The notes beneath the pieces were generated by a model. The model saw only the letters and a program-made list of their open reading frames with translations. It had not been told where the DNA came from and searched no databases. A DNA stretch of 64,000 nt, taken from positions 32,001 to 96,000 of the forward strand of contig CAVZMI010000023.1 of NCBI GenBank assembly GCA_963776275.1, given 5' to 3'. Positions 1 to 10,266 of the stretch are shown piece after piece. How positions within the stretch are numbered: position 1 is the first letter of the stretch; every line of letters starts with the position of its first letter. A program made the translations under genes and the position numbers. The stretch is from Ignavibacteriota bacterium (lineage in GTDB: Bacteria > Bacteroidota > Ignavibacteria > UBA10030 > CAVZMI01).

Positions 1-1079
1 ATATTTTCCTTAATGCTTCGCTATTGGGCGTTCCAAGGAAGAAAGTGGAGGAACGTTTTTCCGAGATTGTCGCCTTTGCAGAATTAGAAGATTTTATCGA
101 TGTTCCGGTTAAGCGGTACTCTTCGGGGATGTACGCGCGGCTCGGATTTGCCATCGCGACTCACGTTGATGCCGATATCATTGTCATCGATGAAGTACTG
201 GCTGTAGGAGACATATATTTTCAACAAAAATGCTTTTTATTTTTAGAATCGCTTCTTCAAAAAGGGAAAACTCTTCTATTTGTGAGTCATGATGTAGGCA
301 GTGTGCGTGAACTATGCGATTCTGTAATATTGCTTGAGAAGGGCGTGAACATATTTCATGGAGATCCAAGAGAAGGTGTAAATAGATACTTACTATTACA
401 GCAGAAAAAGGATACTGCAAAGGATTCCGAGAATGAAATTCGCGTGGAACCGAAGACTAGTACTGCATCAAATGTGGATATTACGGTTGATAATAAATCG
501 CAGGAAGGGAAGAGGAAATTCCTGCCGCGCCAATGGTCCGACATCGATGCACTGGATCTTTCTTCCTCTGCTGTTCTTATTGGTGAGAGAGACGTTCATT
601 GGAAGGGCGTCGTGATCTATGATAAGGACGGAAGTCGCTGCAATTCTTTTTCCATGGGGGATGAAGCGTGGTTTTATTATGAGTTTGAGGTTCTGCGTGA
701 TATACTTACTCCGTTTGCCGGCGTTGCGATTTATGATAGGAAAGGAATTCTTGTTCACGGAAAGACGACATATCAGCATGGAATACAGCCGCGCCGTACA
801 GTTGGAAAAAACGCGACGATCCGGGTTATTCAATCGATAAAGCTTCCATTGTCACCCGATACGTATACTTTTGAACTATGGCTCAGCATGATGGAGCCGG
901 AGACTCATGAACAGCTTCAACATCTTAAAGCAGAACAAATTCAGGCAGGTGTCACCAAACTGATGCATATAAGCAGAGCAGGTTCGATCATTATTACCCC
1001 TAATCCGAACAATATTGCTATCAATAATTTTGGTATAGTCGACTTGCCGGGGAGTGGAGATCTGACAATACTCCCCTGA
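1..1079 (+). CDS. wzt: Polysaccharide ABC exporter ATP-binding subunit with C-terminal Wzt_C (carbohydrate-binding) domain; 5' truncated by the window edge
   Basis: The frame is open from base 3 (IFLNASLLGVP...). Signature YSSGMYARLGFA, Walker B IIVIDEVLAVGD and H-loop VSHD are typical of Wzt/TagH. A ~200-aa beta-rich C-terminal extension follows. Confidence 0.9.
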   Translation, partial: IFLNASLLGVPRKKVEERFSEIVAFAELEDFIDVPVKRYSSGMYARLGFAIATHVDADIIVIDEVLAVGDIYFQQKCFLFLESLLQKGKTLLFVSHDVGSVRELCDSVILLEKGVNIFHGDPREGVNRYLLLQQKKDTAKDSENEIRVEPKTSTASNVDITVDNKSQEGKRKFLPRQWSDIDALDLSSSAVLIGERDVHWKGVVIYDKDGSRCNSFSMGDEAWFYYEFEVLRDILTPFAGVAIYDRKGILVHGKTTYQHGIQPRRTVGKNATIRVIQSIKLPLSPDTYTFELWLSMMEPETHEQLQHLKAEQIQAGVTKLMHISRAGSIIITPNPNNIAINNFGIVDLPGSGDLTILP

Positions 1080-1127
1080 TAAGTTTTTCCTAAAAAGAAT
1101 CTGATAATATTATCATAGAAGAGTTAT

Positions 1128-4100
1128 ATGATTACGAAAGCCGGAAAAAATCTTGCCTATATTTATTCAACTCCCCGCTCTGGCTCGACATTGCTTGCGG
1201 CGATGCTCGGCGGTCACGATAACGTCTATGTCCCTCCCGAACCATGGTTTCTACTTTTACTTCATTCTCTTCTCTCTTCTGATGATGCGATTGTTGCACA
1301 TTATGACGAAAATCTGGCACGCCGCGCATTTCGAGAATTGTCTCCGGAGAATATCATCACAGAAGCCTCGCAAAACTATGCATTGACGGTATATAATAGT
1401 CTGTTGGAGAAAAACAAAAAAAAATATTTTGTCGATAAAACTCCCCGATATTACCATGTCCTTGAATGGATCGATACGCTATTCCCTGAAGCCAAAAAAA
1501 TACTCTTAGTCCGAAATCCACTCGATATCTTTGCATCATATAAAGATGTGTGGGGAATCGAAGTAGAGGAAATGATCGGTGAACAGCCCTCTCCATTTTC
1601 ATTCGACGCCACGATAGCATATTTCAGATTTCAGGATTTTTATAAGCGATCGCATACAAATATGATCCGGATTTCCTATGAGAATCTTGTGATTGATCCC
1701 CATACCGTGATGCACGGGGTATGCAGTTTTTTAGGATTGGCATTTAACGAGAGGATGATATCCTATGGAGAGAATAAAGAACTACTGACATGGTACGCAA
1801 ATTCCAGCATGGGCGATCGAAAGGTACTTTCCGAAATAGCTCCGCATCGAAAATCATGCGGAAAATGGAAAACAATCCTGACCCCCATGGAAACTCAAAA
1901 GATTGTGACGACGCTCGGGACAAGGATATTCGAAGAGAACGGCTATAAGACCGAATTACAGGAAGCTCTGTTATTTGCTTCGCTGCAATATGAAAAGGTC
2001 GACCGCGAAGGCAGAAAGGAAGAACTCTTTAAACAATATCAGACCTATGTCGAGACGCGGCTTTCATCATCTACAGCCCTATCCAATGTGGCTCTCACAA
2101 GGAAGAATGAAGAGCTCCTGAAATATATAACTACAATAGAGAAGGATAGGCAGGATCGACTCGAGGCAATCCTACGTTATCAGGAACAACTGGATAACTC
2201 TCGTAATGCAATTGAGCAAAAAGAAAAACGAATACAACAACTTCTGGAGGAAACGCTCGGGATTCAGGATCAACTGCTAGACTCTCGTGATGCAATTAAA
2301 CAAAAAGAAAAACGAATACAACAACTTCTGAAGGAATCACTCGAGTTTCAGAATCAACTGGCAGACTCTCGTGATGCGATTGAGCAAAAAGAAATACGAA
2401 TCCAACAACTTCTGACAGGAACGTACGGGTTTCAAAATCAACTGACAGAACTCCGGGATGTCATAGCACAAATCGAAAAAGACAGACAGGCCAGACTCGA
2501 TTCGATACTCTATTACCAAAAAGAACTGGCGGAAGTACAGCGACGGAATCAGGAACTTATCGATACGATTTCTTCGATTGAAAACGACAGGCGGGCCAGA
2601 CTTGAGTCGATACTCTATTACCAAACAGTATTGTCGGATTTACAACATCGGTATGATGTGATCGAAAAAGACCATGCAAATCTTTTGATGTTAGTCGAAA
2701 CATTGAATGGTCATATTGCTGAACTCGGAACATTGGAAACGTCGTTACGCCGGTTCATTGAGTTGTCGTTACGCAGCATCGGTCTCTATGATTTTATTTT
2801 ACGCCACCGAAAAAAGCTTAACCAGGTTTTTCTGTTCGTATTGCACGCGGGGGCCGGATTAGCTTCTGTTATCCGCAAATTCCATCGCAAAAGGGAGCTT
2901 GGTGTAGTGAAAGCAGACACCGCTCCTTTACAAAAACAGACTCTTAAAGAAACATTAAACTCACCCGAGGTCAATGCTTATGTCAATTCACGGTTAATTC
3001 AGGGTGATCTGGAAGACAGTGTAATACACCATTTCCTCGATAATAATTCTTCGTTTTCATCCGTAATCTGTCTCATGCCGGACCCAAATGATCTTCAATT
3101 ACTGATTTTTCTTAAAGAACTCGGGAAATCTGTATTTGTTCTTCATTCTCCGTCCGAAAATTTAAGTCTCATTAAACCGAATATTTCTTTTACAGCGTGC
3201 ATCGCCGATGGATGGTTCATGAAGTATGGCCGGCCGGAACTTTCAAAATATGATGTTCTATTCATAGGAAAGAATTGTTCACATTCGTATTTCCAACTAT
3301 TAAAAAATTATGTTTCACCTCGAACGGCGATGATTCTTCATAATACCAGTTTTTCGGAAGAGTTATTTTTACTTGAGGGTAGGATTAAGGTGACAATCGG
3401 CAGCTTTGTTTCTCTATCTCCTTGCTCCAATTCAAAGGGATTATTCAAGGTATCCGAAGAACGCCGGACAATCGACGGTACACAATGGCCGTGGAAGCAG
3501 TTCAAGTCTGAAATCCCATCGACCATGCCCTCCGGCAGGCCCTGGCCGAGAATATCGGTCGTTACAGCCACACTCAATCAGGGTGATTTCCTTGAAGAGG
3601 CAATTCGCTCGGTGCTGTTACAACGTTATCCGAACCTTGAGTACATCCTCCTCGATGGGGGCTCGACCGATACAACACCCGAGATTCTCAACCGGTATAA
3701 AAATGAGTTCGCAGTGTGTCTAAGTCAAAAGGATAAAGGTCAGGCCGATGCGTTAAACAGGGGTTTCCATCATGCAACCGGAGAAATTCTTGCATGGCTG
3801 AATAGCGACGACCGATATCTTCCCAACACATTTCTTGATGTTGCGCTGGCATTTGATACGTATGCCTGTGATATGGTTGCAGGGGGATGTGCTCTGGTCA
3901 ATAATAACGAAGTAATTCCCTGGAGTGTACATCACACTTTATTACCTCTGGGGGAAAAAGTCCGGCTTCCACTCGATAATCTTCTCGATATCGATGGTTC
4001 CTGGCAAAAAGGCGATTTTTTTTATCAACCGGAAGTGTTCTGGAGCAGGAATATCTGGGAAAAAGCCGGGAGACGAATTGATAGTACTCTCCATTACAGC

Positions 4101-4280
4101 ATGGATTATGAACTCTGGGTAAGAATGGCGATCGCTGAAGCGTCCATTGTTCATATTCCCGAGACGCTTGCGTATTTTCGAATGCATCAACGGCAAAAAA
4201 CAAGCGGTAAGGATTTACCGTTTCTTCCGGAGTTACGAAAGTTGAATAAAAGGCTTCTTAAAGAATTGAGAAAAAAATAA
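1128..4280 (+). CDS. Sulfotransferase / long coiled-coil / GT2 glycosyltransferase fusion
   Basis: N-terminal PAPS-binding motifs STPRSGSTLL, DKTPRY and LVRNPLD. Heptad-rich region at ~aa 325-545. C-terminal GT2 (PRISVVTATLNQ, DGGSTD, WLNSDD, MDYELW). Confidence 0.85.
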   Translation: MITKAGKNLAYIYSTPRSGSTLLAAMLGGHDNVYVPPEPWFLLLLHSLLSSDDAIVAHYDENLARRAFRELSPENIITEASQNYALTVYNSLLEKNKKKYFVDKTPRYYHVLEWIDTLFPEAKKILLVRNPLDIFASYKDVWGIEVEEMIGEQPSPFSFDATIAYFRFQDFYKRSHTNMIRISYENLVIDPHTVMHGVCSFLGLAFNERMISYGENKELLTWYANSSMGDRKVLSEIAPHRKSCGKWKTILTPMETQKIVTTLGTRIFEENGYKTELQEALLFASLQYEKVDREGRKEELFKQYQTYVETRLSSSTALSNVALTRKNEELLKYITTIEKDRQDRLEAILRYQEQLDNSRNAIEQKEKRIQQLLEETLGIQDQLLDSRDAIKQKEKRIQQLLKESLEFQNQLADSRDAIEQKEIRIQQLLTGTYGFQNQLTELRDVIAQIEKDRQARLDSILYYQKELAEVQRRNQELIDTISSIENDRRARLESILYYQTVLSDLQHRYDVIEKDHANLLMLVETLNGHIAELGTLETSLRRFIELSLRSIGLYDFILRHRKKLNQVFLFVLHAGAGLASVIRKFHRKRELGVVKADTAPLQKQTLKETLNSPEVNAYVNSRLIQGDLEDSVIHHFLDNNSSFSSVICLMPDPNDLQLLIFLKELGKSVFVLHSPSENLSLIKPNISFTACIADGWFMKYGRPELSKYDVLFIGKNCSHSYFQLLKNYVSPRTAMILHNTSFSEELFLLEGRIKVTIGSFVSLSPCSNSKGLFKVSEERRTIDGTQWPWKQFKSEIPSTMPSGRPWPRISVVTATLNQGDFLEEAIRSVLLQRYPNLEYILLDGGSTDTTPEILNRYKNEFAVCLSQKDKGQADALNRGFHHATGEILAWLNSDDRYLPNTFLDVALAFDTYACDMVAGGCALVNNNEVIPWSVHHTLLPLGEKVRLPLDNLLDIDGSWQKGDFFYQPEVFWSRNIWEKAGRRIDSTLHYSMDYELWVRMAIAEASIVHIPETLAYFRMHQRQKTSGKDLPFLPELRKLNKRLLKELRKK
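2187..2470 (+). repeat. In-frame 84-bp (28-aa, four-heptad) tandem repeat, 3 full copies plus a partial one
   Basis: CAACTG unit starts at 2187, 2271, 2355 and 2439 (period 84). Consensus about QLxDSRDAIEQKEKRIQQLLxExxxFQN. Confidence 0.9.
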
Positions 4281-5521
4281 TGGAGTGGAAGATCGGAGAA
4301 TACCTTCATTCTGGAAAACGGCTTCGTGTGCTTTTCCTTAATGATGTTGGCTTTCAATATGGAGCGGGAATAGCGCAAATGCGGCAGATTCAATCGTTTC
4401 TACTGATGGGGTGTGAAGTGGCAGGGTTGTGCTGGAGTCATGGAGTTGAAGCGCAGATCCCGTTCATACCTCACGATGCATCGGGCACATGGTTGGGATT
4501 ACGGCAAATGCCTCATCTTCATCGCAGCAGAGGTAGCGATGATGAAATGATTATTAAAGGCCTTCTGGAAGAAATATACGACATTTCTCCCGATCTTATT
4601 GTTGTTGGAAATCTTCATGGAGCACGCTGGCCTTTGGAATTACTCTCTGTTTTGCGGGAACAGGGAATCCCCATGGTTGTATATATGCATGATTTGTTCT
4701 GGCTGAGTGGACGCTGTGCATACTCGGGGGAATGCCTCAAATTTATTTCCGGGTGTGATGCCACCTGTCCTACAGCACATGAATATCCGGAACTTGAGCC
4801 TTCGAAAATCGAGAACGCGTGGAAATTACGCCGTTCACTTTTTTGTGGTCCCGACGGCATCCCGTTAGCAACAAACAGCGACTGGATCACCCGCCTGGCT
4901 CACGATGCACTTGCACCGACTACGAAATCGGAAACGATATATCTCGGTCTGGATACCTGTTTCTATCGTCCAATCGATAAAAAACTTGCCCGTCGTTTGC
5001 TTCGCCTTTCGCAGGATGAATTTATCATTCTTAGCGGTGCCGTTAATGTGTACGAAAACAGAAAAGGAGTAAAATATTTACAGGAAATAATACATTATTT
5101 ACATTCTTCTGCGACGTTCATCGTCTTTGGAGAGAATTCGCTAACGATGGATGGAGTCTATTCTTCCGGTCTCCTGCGGGATTACCGGAAGATGATTCTA
5201 TTATATAATGCCGCAGATGTCTTTATAGGTACAGCCCTGCAAGAGGCTTTCGGCCAGACATTTTGCGAAGCTTCGGCATGCGAGCTCCCTGTCGTCGCAT
5301 TTAATATCGGAGGTGTATCCGAAGTCATCACTGATGCACAGACAGGAATTCTTGTCCCGCCCGGTGATAATAAAGAAATGATTAAAGCGATTGGGACGCT
5401 TCGAAACGATCGTGCATTTCGCGTAGTACTCGGCCGTGCCGGACGGCAACGGATTGAAGAAAAATTTTCGCTGGAAAAACAGAAAGAACGCTGGGTCAAT
5501 TTTTTATTGAATATCAATTAA
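4280..5521 (+). CDS. GT4 family glycosyltransferase (WcaC-like)
   Basis: YMHDLFWLSGRC with Cys cluster. EAFGQTFCEASACELPVVAFNIGG is the EX7E motif. Its start overlaps the upstream stop codon. Confidence 0.85.
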   Translation: MEWKIGEYLHSGKRLRVLFLNDVGFQYGAGIAQMRQIQSFLLMGCEVAGLCWSHGVEAQIPFIPHDASGTWLGLRQMPHLHRSRGSDDEMIIKGLLEEIYDISPDLIVVGNLHGARWPLELLSVLREQGIPMVVYMHDLFWLSGRCAYSGECLKFISGCDATCPTAHEYPELEPSKIENAWKLRRSLFCGPDGIPLATNSDWITRLAHDALAPTTKSETIYLGLDTCFYRPIDKKLARRLLRLSQDEFIILSGAVNVYENRKGVKYLQEIIHYLHSSATFIVFGENSLTMDGVYSSGLLRDYRKMILLYNAADVFIGTALQEAFGQTFCEASACELPVVAFNIGGVSEVITDAQTGILVPPGDNKEMIKAIGTLRNDRAFRVVLGRAGRQRIEEKFSLEKQKERWVNFLLNIN

Positions 5522-5537
5522 AGAAAAAAGATAGAAG

Positions 5538-6401
5538 ATGTTTAAAGTCTCTCCATCGCCGACATTATATTATAACGATCGCTCACTTGATAGTATGCGT
5601 CCGAGTTATCAGCGTGATGATGTTTTTATTAATGAAGAACATAGGATGATTTTTGAAGTGACGAAAGACATACCGGGATGGCAAATGGAAGCAGATTCAT
5701 ATAAGTTGTATGAACTCGGTTACTATGCCGGCGATGTGATTCTGGAAATCGGTACATACGGAGGCCGTTCGGCGGTCATCGAGCTGCGTGGGGCATTGAG
5801 TAATCCGGATAGGTTGGGACCACCCCAATTCTTCGGTGTTGACGTTGATCGTAAATCTATTCGTCGTACATTCTACATGTTGAACAGGTTCGGTGTATTA
5901 GAAAACGCATTTCTCTTTCGTGGTACTCTCTACCAGTTTATTCATAGGTACCAGATATCACCGACAATGGTGTTTATGGATGCAAACCATCGTTATGAAG
6001 ATATCGTGGAGGATATTCGTCAACTAACGACGATTCTTCCTGCCGGTGTTCCTGTTTTATTCCACGATTTTTTAAATTCGGAAAATGATACAGGTGAGTA
6101 CGGTGTCCGGCGAGCAGTGACTGAGTGGGAAAATGATGGATACGGAACTTTCATCGGTGCATTCGGTTGTTCGGCATTGTTCGTCAGCGGACAGCGTTGT
6201 CGCGGAAACGGGAATTCATTATCCCGGGATGAATTCGATCAATCCCGACATAGACTATTCAGATCGTATAAATTGATGGAAAAAAATGGGGATAAAACAA
6301 TCATAGTTCCTGAAGAGAAAAGAATCTGGTCTTTCCATGATGATATTTCACTGCTGTCGAGAATAAAGACAAGAATACTTCATATGTTGAGGCCGAGGTA
6401 A
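5538..6401 (+). CDS. Class I SAM-dependent methyltransferase (Methyltransf_24-like)
   Basis: ILEIGTYGGRS, VFMDANHRYEDIVEDI and VLFHD motifs. Confidence 0.75.
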   Translation: MFKVSPSPTLYYNDRSLDSMRPSYQRDDVFINEEHRMIFEVTKDIPGWQMEADSYKLYELGYYAGDVILEIGTYGGRSAVIELRGALSNPDRLGPPQFFGVDVDRKSIRRTFYMLNRFGVLENAFLFRGTLYQFIHRYQISPTMVFMDANHRYEDIVEDIRQLTTILPAGVPVLFHDFLNSENDTGEYGVRRAVTEWENDGYGTFIGAFGCSALFVSGQRCRGNGNSLSRDEFDQSRHRLFRSYKLMEKNGDKTIIVPEEKRIWSFHDDISLLSRIKTRILHMLRPR

Positions 6402-7372
6402 TGGATATCAATTCATGGTTAAAGCAATGGCGGGAGAAGGCGGGGATTATTTATGTCTCACAACCCCACCGATTTGCTCATGACGAAACCAAGTATGACG
6501 AACAATATAAGATCGATCCGAAGGATATACAGGCGGGGAAGGGGTTGGTCTCGTTGTTGCGGCGCCGTGATGCTTCATTCAGGGGCCCTGCGTTGGAAAT
6601 CGGTTGCGGTACCGGCCGTTTATCATTGGGTCTGGTCCAGGAAAATGTGTACCCCGTAACACTTCTGACCGATCCGTCTGTTAAATTCCTCAAAATTGTG
6701 CAGGAGAAAATAACACGCTTATCCATAAATCAGAATTCAATACGATATGCGGTTCTGTCCGCCGAAGAAATCGGTGTATTACCAGAAAATACATTTTCGC
6801 TAATTGCACTGCGCTCGACATTACATCATGTCCTCGATGTATCGAAATTTATTCATGAAGCCGCCCGAGCATTGTTAACCGGGGGAATATTGACGTTCGA
6901 GGAGCCATGCCGCGAAGGATTTATAATAATGGGGATGATGGCGCAATTCATGATTCCGATGTTAGAGGCAAAAGGAATCGGTATTTCCGGTAAGCATCAG
7001 TCACAGATAAAGACGTTTATTGATGTAATGAAATTTTATTCCCGTTACGATGTCGATAAAACATCGAGCGAGGATAAACATGTCTTTCGAGTCGATGACG
7101 TAATGAAACAGGGTCAATCAGCCGGATTAAAAGTGGAATTTCTGCCGAACCGTGTGTTCGATGAGTTTATTTATCAGCCCGTATCTCCTCACGATAGAAA
7201 ATTTTTTAATGTTTTTTTTAAAAAATACCTCTCTTACTGTATGTCATTTGATAACGAGCTGATAGGTATTCTTGATAAACACTTCTTTAAACATTTTCCA
7301 TTTATAGAAGATATATCGGAGGGAGATAACGCTCCATATATGCACGGTGTTTTTATTTGCATAAAATTATAA
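6401..7372 (+). CDS. Class I SAM-dependent methyltransferase
   Basis: ALEIGCGTGRL, TLHHVLD and LLTGGILTFEEP motifs. Confidence 0.8.
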   Translation: MDINSWLKQWREKAGIIYVSQPHRFAHDETKYDEQYKIDPKDIQAGKGLVSLLRRRDASFRGPALEIGCGTGRLSLGLVQENVYPVTLLTDPSVKFLKIVQEKITRLSINQNSIRYAVLSAEEIGVLPENTFSLIALRSTLHHVLDVSKFIHEAARALLTGGILTFEEPCREGFIIMGMMAQFMIPMLEAKGIGISGKHQSQIKTFIDVMKFYSRYDVDKTSSEDKHVFRVDDVMKQGQSAGLKVEFLPNRVFDEFIYQPVSPHDRKFFNVFFKKYLSYCMSFDNELIGILDKHFFKHFPFIEDISEGDNAPYMHGVFICIKL

Positions 7373-7419
7373 ACAACAACAACGTGAATATTTTTGGTCT
7401 CATAATTGATCCATACCCC

Positions 7420-10158
7420 ATGATAATATTCTTGATTCATCTTTTTCTTATTTCCTTTGTTTCATACAAGATCACACAGCGGTTTCTGCCGGATGTGCTC
7501 GAGAGGGTACTGGCCGCTTTCATCCTCGTGTGGGCGAATCTTGTCGTTACCGCCCTTCTTCTTTCTTGTTTTATTCTCTTAGGAAACCGTTATTTCTATT
7601 TTAGTCTCTCGGTTCTGATGACGCTCGTAGGATATGGAATTGTATATAAGAAGAATCCATATCCATCGATAGAGTGGAAAAGTATCATGCGACAATTCTT
7701 CCGGCGTTCGTATTCACTCTGGGATATTTTTCTATTTCTGACATTTATATTCTTTGTATGTGTTAACATCGTGGTTGCATTTTCTTTCAGACCAAATGGT
7801 TGGGATTCATTGGCTTATCACCTCCCACGTATTTATTTTTATTTGGGGCAGGGGCATCTGGGCCATTTCACAACCGGTGATTTCCGAATGATTTTCTTTC
7901 CATTTAATTATGAATTATTACAACTACTGTGTGTGACATACGGGCAGCCAGACTGGCTGTTGAATTATGCAAATCTCTTTTGCTGGATATTTGCCGGAAT
8001 TGCACTTTTTGTCATATGTCGTAGAATTGGCCTGAAAACCGGTACAGCACTTCTTTCGAGCTGGATTGGATTGACTGCGACACTGGTACTTGCTTATGCA
8101 ACAATAACATATAATGATCTTCCAACAGCAGTACCGCTTCTCATCGGTGTGGTATTTGCACTTCGATGGTTTGATGATCAACAGTGGAAGTATGTGGTAT
8201 TCGCTGGAATCGCGTTTGGACTCTCGGCAGGGAGTAAGCTTACCATATTCTTTTTCTGGCCGATGGGGATCATCATTCCTGGATTCATACTTTATCGCAT
8301 TATTAAAAAGAAGATCACGCTACAACAGGCCTTTCAAGGAGTACGGCATTGGATTGTCGGTGCTCTCATCGCATTTATTCTCACGGCACCGTTTATGATG
8401 ATAAACTACTACTATGCGAAGCAATTGATAACACCGGGAAGCGATTTCATGTTAAATAGACCGTTTAATTGGCGAAGCCCGGGGAAAACCCTTTATACCT
8501 ATGGCCTGCAATTGGTATTGGATCCTTTTCAAAGAGTGGCGATCGATATGCCCGGGAAAAACGTCACGGCAGGAGCGAGAAATTTTTTAGAGCCGCGAGT
8601 CCGGAAATATCTTCTTCCGGATTGGGATCTTAATTACACAGCTTCCAATTTATCTATTTTGTATTCAGGTTTGACCGAAGATTTTGTTTGGTTCGGATTT
8701 GCTGGTCCTCTTGTTGTGATTTCAGTCCTGTGGACATTGATGTCGCGGTCAGCCCGAAAATCAGCCGTTTTCTGGATAGGCCTTGCGGGTATGATCTGGA
8801 TGATAACGTATTGCACTCAATTTAAGTGGTATTATGGCATTCAACGCTATTTTATTTGTGCATTCCTTCTAGGCGTTCCGTGTGCTGGTTATTTCATTGA
8901 AACCCTGCTTCAGCGGTCTTACGTCATCCAATATATTATCAAGTTTTGTATCGTATCTATCGCTCTGACGTCGGCACTCTTTGGTTATACATACGTAATG
9001 AATAAGGCACTACTACTTTTAGTTGATCCGGCATATTACAGCGAGTCACGACAACGCTCACCCCGAATACTCCAGGAGTTATCGCATCAGAAAAATATAA
9101 ATATTGTATTCGGTCAGGAATACCTCAATTTTAGTCAGGAGCATTTCGGCGAAAAATTATATAATCTTATGAATATAGGCCGAGCGCAAACGTTCCGGTT
9201 GGATACGGTGACAAGGAAAGGTTGGTATAACATATATTCATGTCCGTCAGCATCGAAAGAAATTCTATATTCAAACAGACCTTCGACATCGTCGTATGTA
9301 ACGATTGCTATCCCGGATAAGAAAACACCCGGAGTGGAGTTCCTCGACTCTATATACTTTATTGGGTCATTATATTTTCATTACTATGGGTACGATGATG
9401 GGATAAAAGCTGCGGATTCATTGAAGGATAACAATTTAATTATGATCAAAGTGGTATTTGATGGAATTACCGGAGACGGCTTTTCGAAACTTCGATTGAG
9501 TCTGAATGGTTGCCGTGATGCTGACAGCCTTACAACCGAAGTATATTATAAAGATATCATCGGGAATGGAACTCTTGGATGCACATTTACGAAAGATTCG
9601 ATACAGTCGCTGGTCGTCCCCCAATTTTTTACCGGCCTCAACGTCCTTGTGCATGAAAAGCAGACCGGCATCTTGAAGGGAGAGGGAGAAATAAAGGTGA
9701 GAGAATTTAATTCCGGACAGACTACAACATCGGGTACTATTACCAAAGAAGATCTTATTAAAGTGGCATTGCCCCATAGAGTATTGCTTGATGGTTTTCG
9801 CTTACCGGAAGGTCCATATCCCCAATGGGACTTACCCGCTGTGCGTTGGGCGAATAAATCGAGGGTGCGATTGGCTTTTTATAGTCAGGAGGATGCACCC
9901 GGCAAACCAATATTGCTTTCGATGAGTTTCCGACCTCATATACGCCAGATGGCGTTGATGGTTGTAAGCTTTAACGGGAAAAAGCTCAAAGAGTACACTC
10001 TCACGAGTGGAAATTCTTGGAGGGATGACGAATTGCAGCTTACTCCAAAGGGCGGGGCAAATACTCTTGAGTTCGAATTTCCATTAATGAAAAACGAAAA
10101 ACCCTTGCCGGACTCGCTCTTTATGCTCTTTAAAACGCTTTCTGTTAGTGGTTTTTAG
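7420..10158 (+). CDS. GT-C fold (ArnT/PMT-like) multi-pass glycosyltransferase with periplasmic C-terminal domain, paralog 1
   Basis: Many TM helices. Motifs WDSLAYHLP, FPFNYELL, YNDL and GLSAGSK. Start set at ATG 7420 by alignment with the paralog at 13576. Confidence 0.75.
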   Translation: MIIFLIHLFLISFVSYKITQRFLPDVLERVLAAFILVWANLVVTALLLSCFILLGNRYFYFSLSVLMTLVGYGIVYKKNPYPSIEWKSIMRQFFRRSYSLWDIFLFLTFIFFVCVNIVVAFSFRPNGWDSLAYHLPRIYFYLGQGHLGHFTTGDFRMIFFPFNYELLQLLCVTYGQPDWLLNYANLFCWIFAGIALFVICRRIGLKTGTALLSSWIGLTATLVLAYATITYNDLPTAVPLLIGVVFALRWFDDQQWKYVVFAGIAFGLSAGSKLTIFFFWPMGIIIPGFILYRIIKKKITLQQAFQGVRHWIVGALIAFILTAPFMMINYYYAKQLITPGSDFMLNRPFNWRSPGKTLYTYGLQLVLDPFQRVAIDMPGKNVTAGARNFLEPRVRKYLLPDWDLNYTASNLSILYSGLTEDFVWFGFAGPLVVISVLWTLMSRSARKSAVFWIGLAGMIWMITYCTQFKWYYGIQRYFICAFLLGVPCAGYFIETLLQRSYVIQYIIKFCIVSIALTSALFGYTYVMNKALLLLVDPAYYSESRQRSPRILQELSHQKNINIVFGQEYLNFSQEHFGEKLYNLMNIGRAQTFRLDTVTRKGWYNIYSCPSASKEILYSNRPSTSSYVTIAIPDKKTPGVEFLDSIYFIGSLYFHYYGYDDGIKAADSLKDNNLIMIKVVFDGITGDGFSKLRLSLNGCRDADSLTTEVYYKDIIGNGTLGCTFTKDSIQSLVVPQFFTGLNVLVHEKQTGILKGEGEIKVREFNSGQTTTSGTITKEDLIKVALPHRVLLDGFRLPEGPYPQWDLPAVRWANKSRVRLAFYSQEDAPGKPILLSMSFRPHIRQMALMVVSFNGKKLKEYTLTSGNSWRDDELQLTPKGGANTLEFEFPLMKNEKPLPDSLFMLFKTLSVSGF

Positions 10159-10266
10159 TGATTGTGCACCGTGATCAAATTAGAGCCATAGTATATGGGA
10201 AAACAATGAAAATTTGGCAATAAAAATGAAACTCTGGGAATTGATCCTATTTGAGCACATTAAAAA

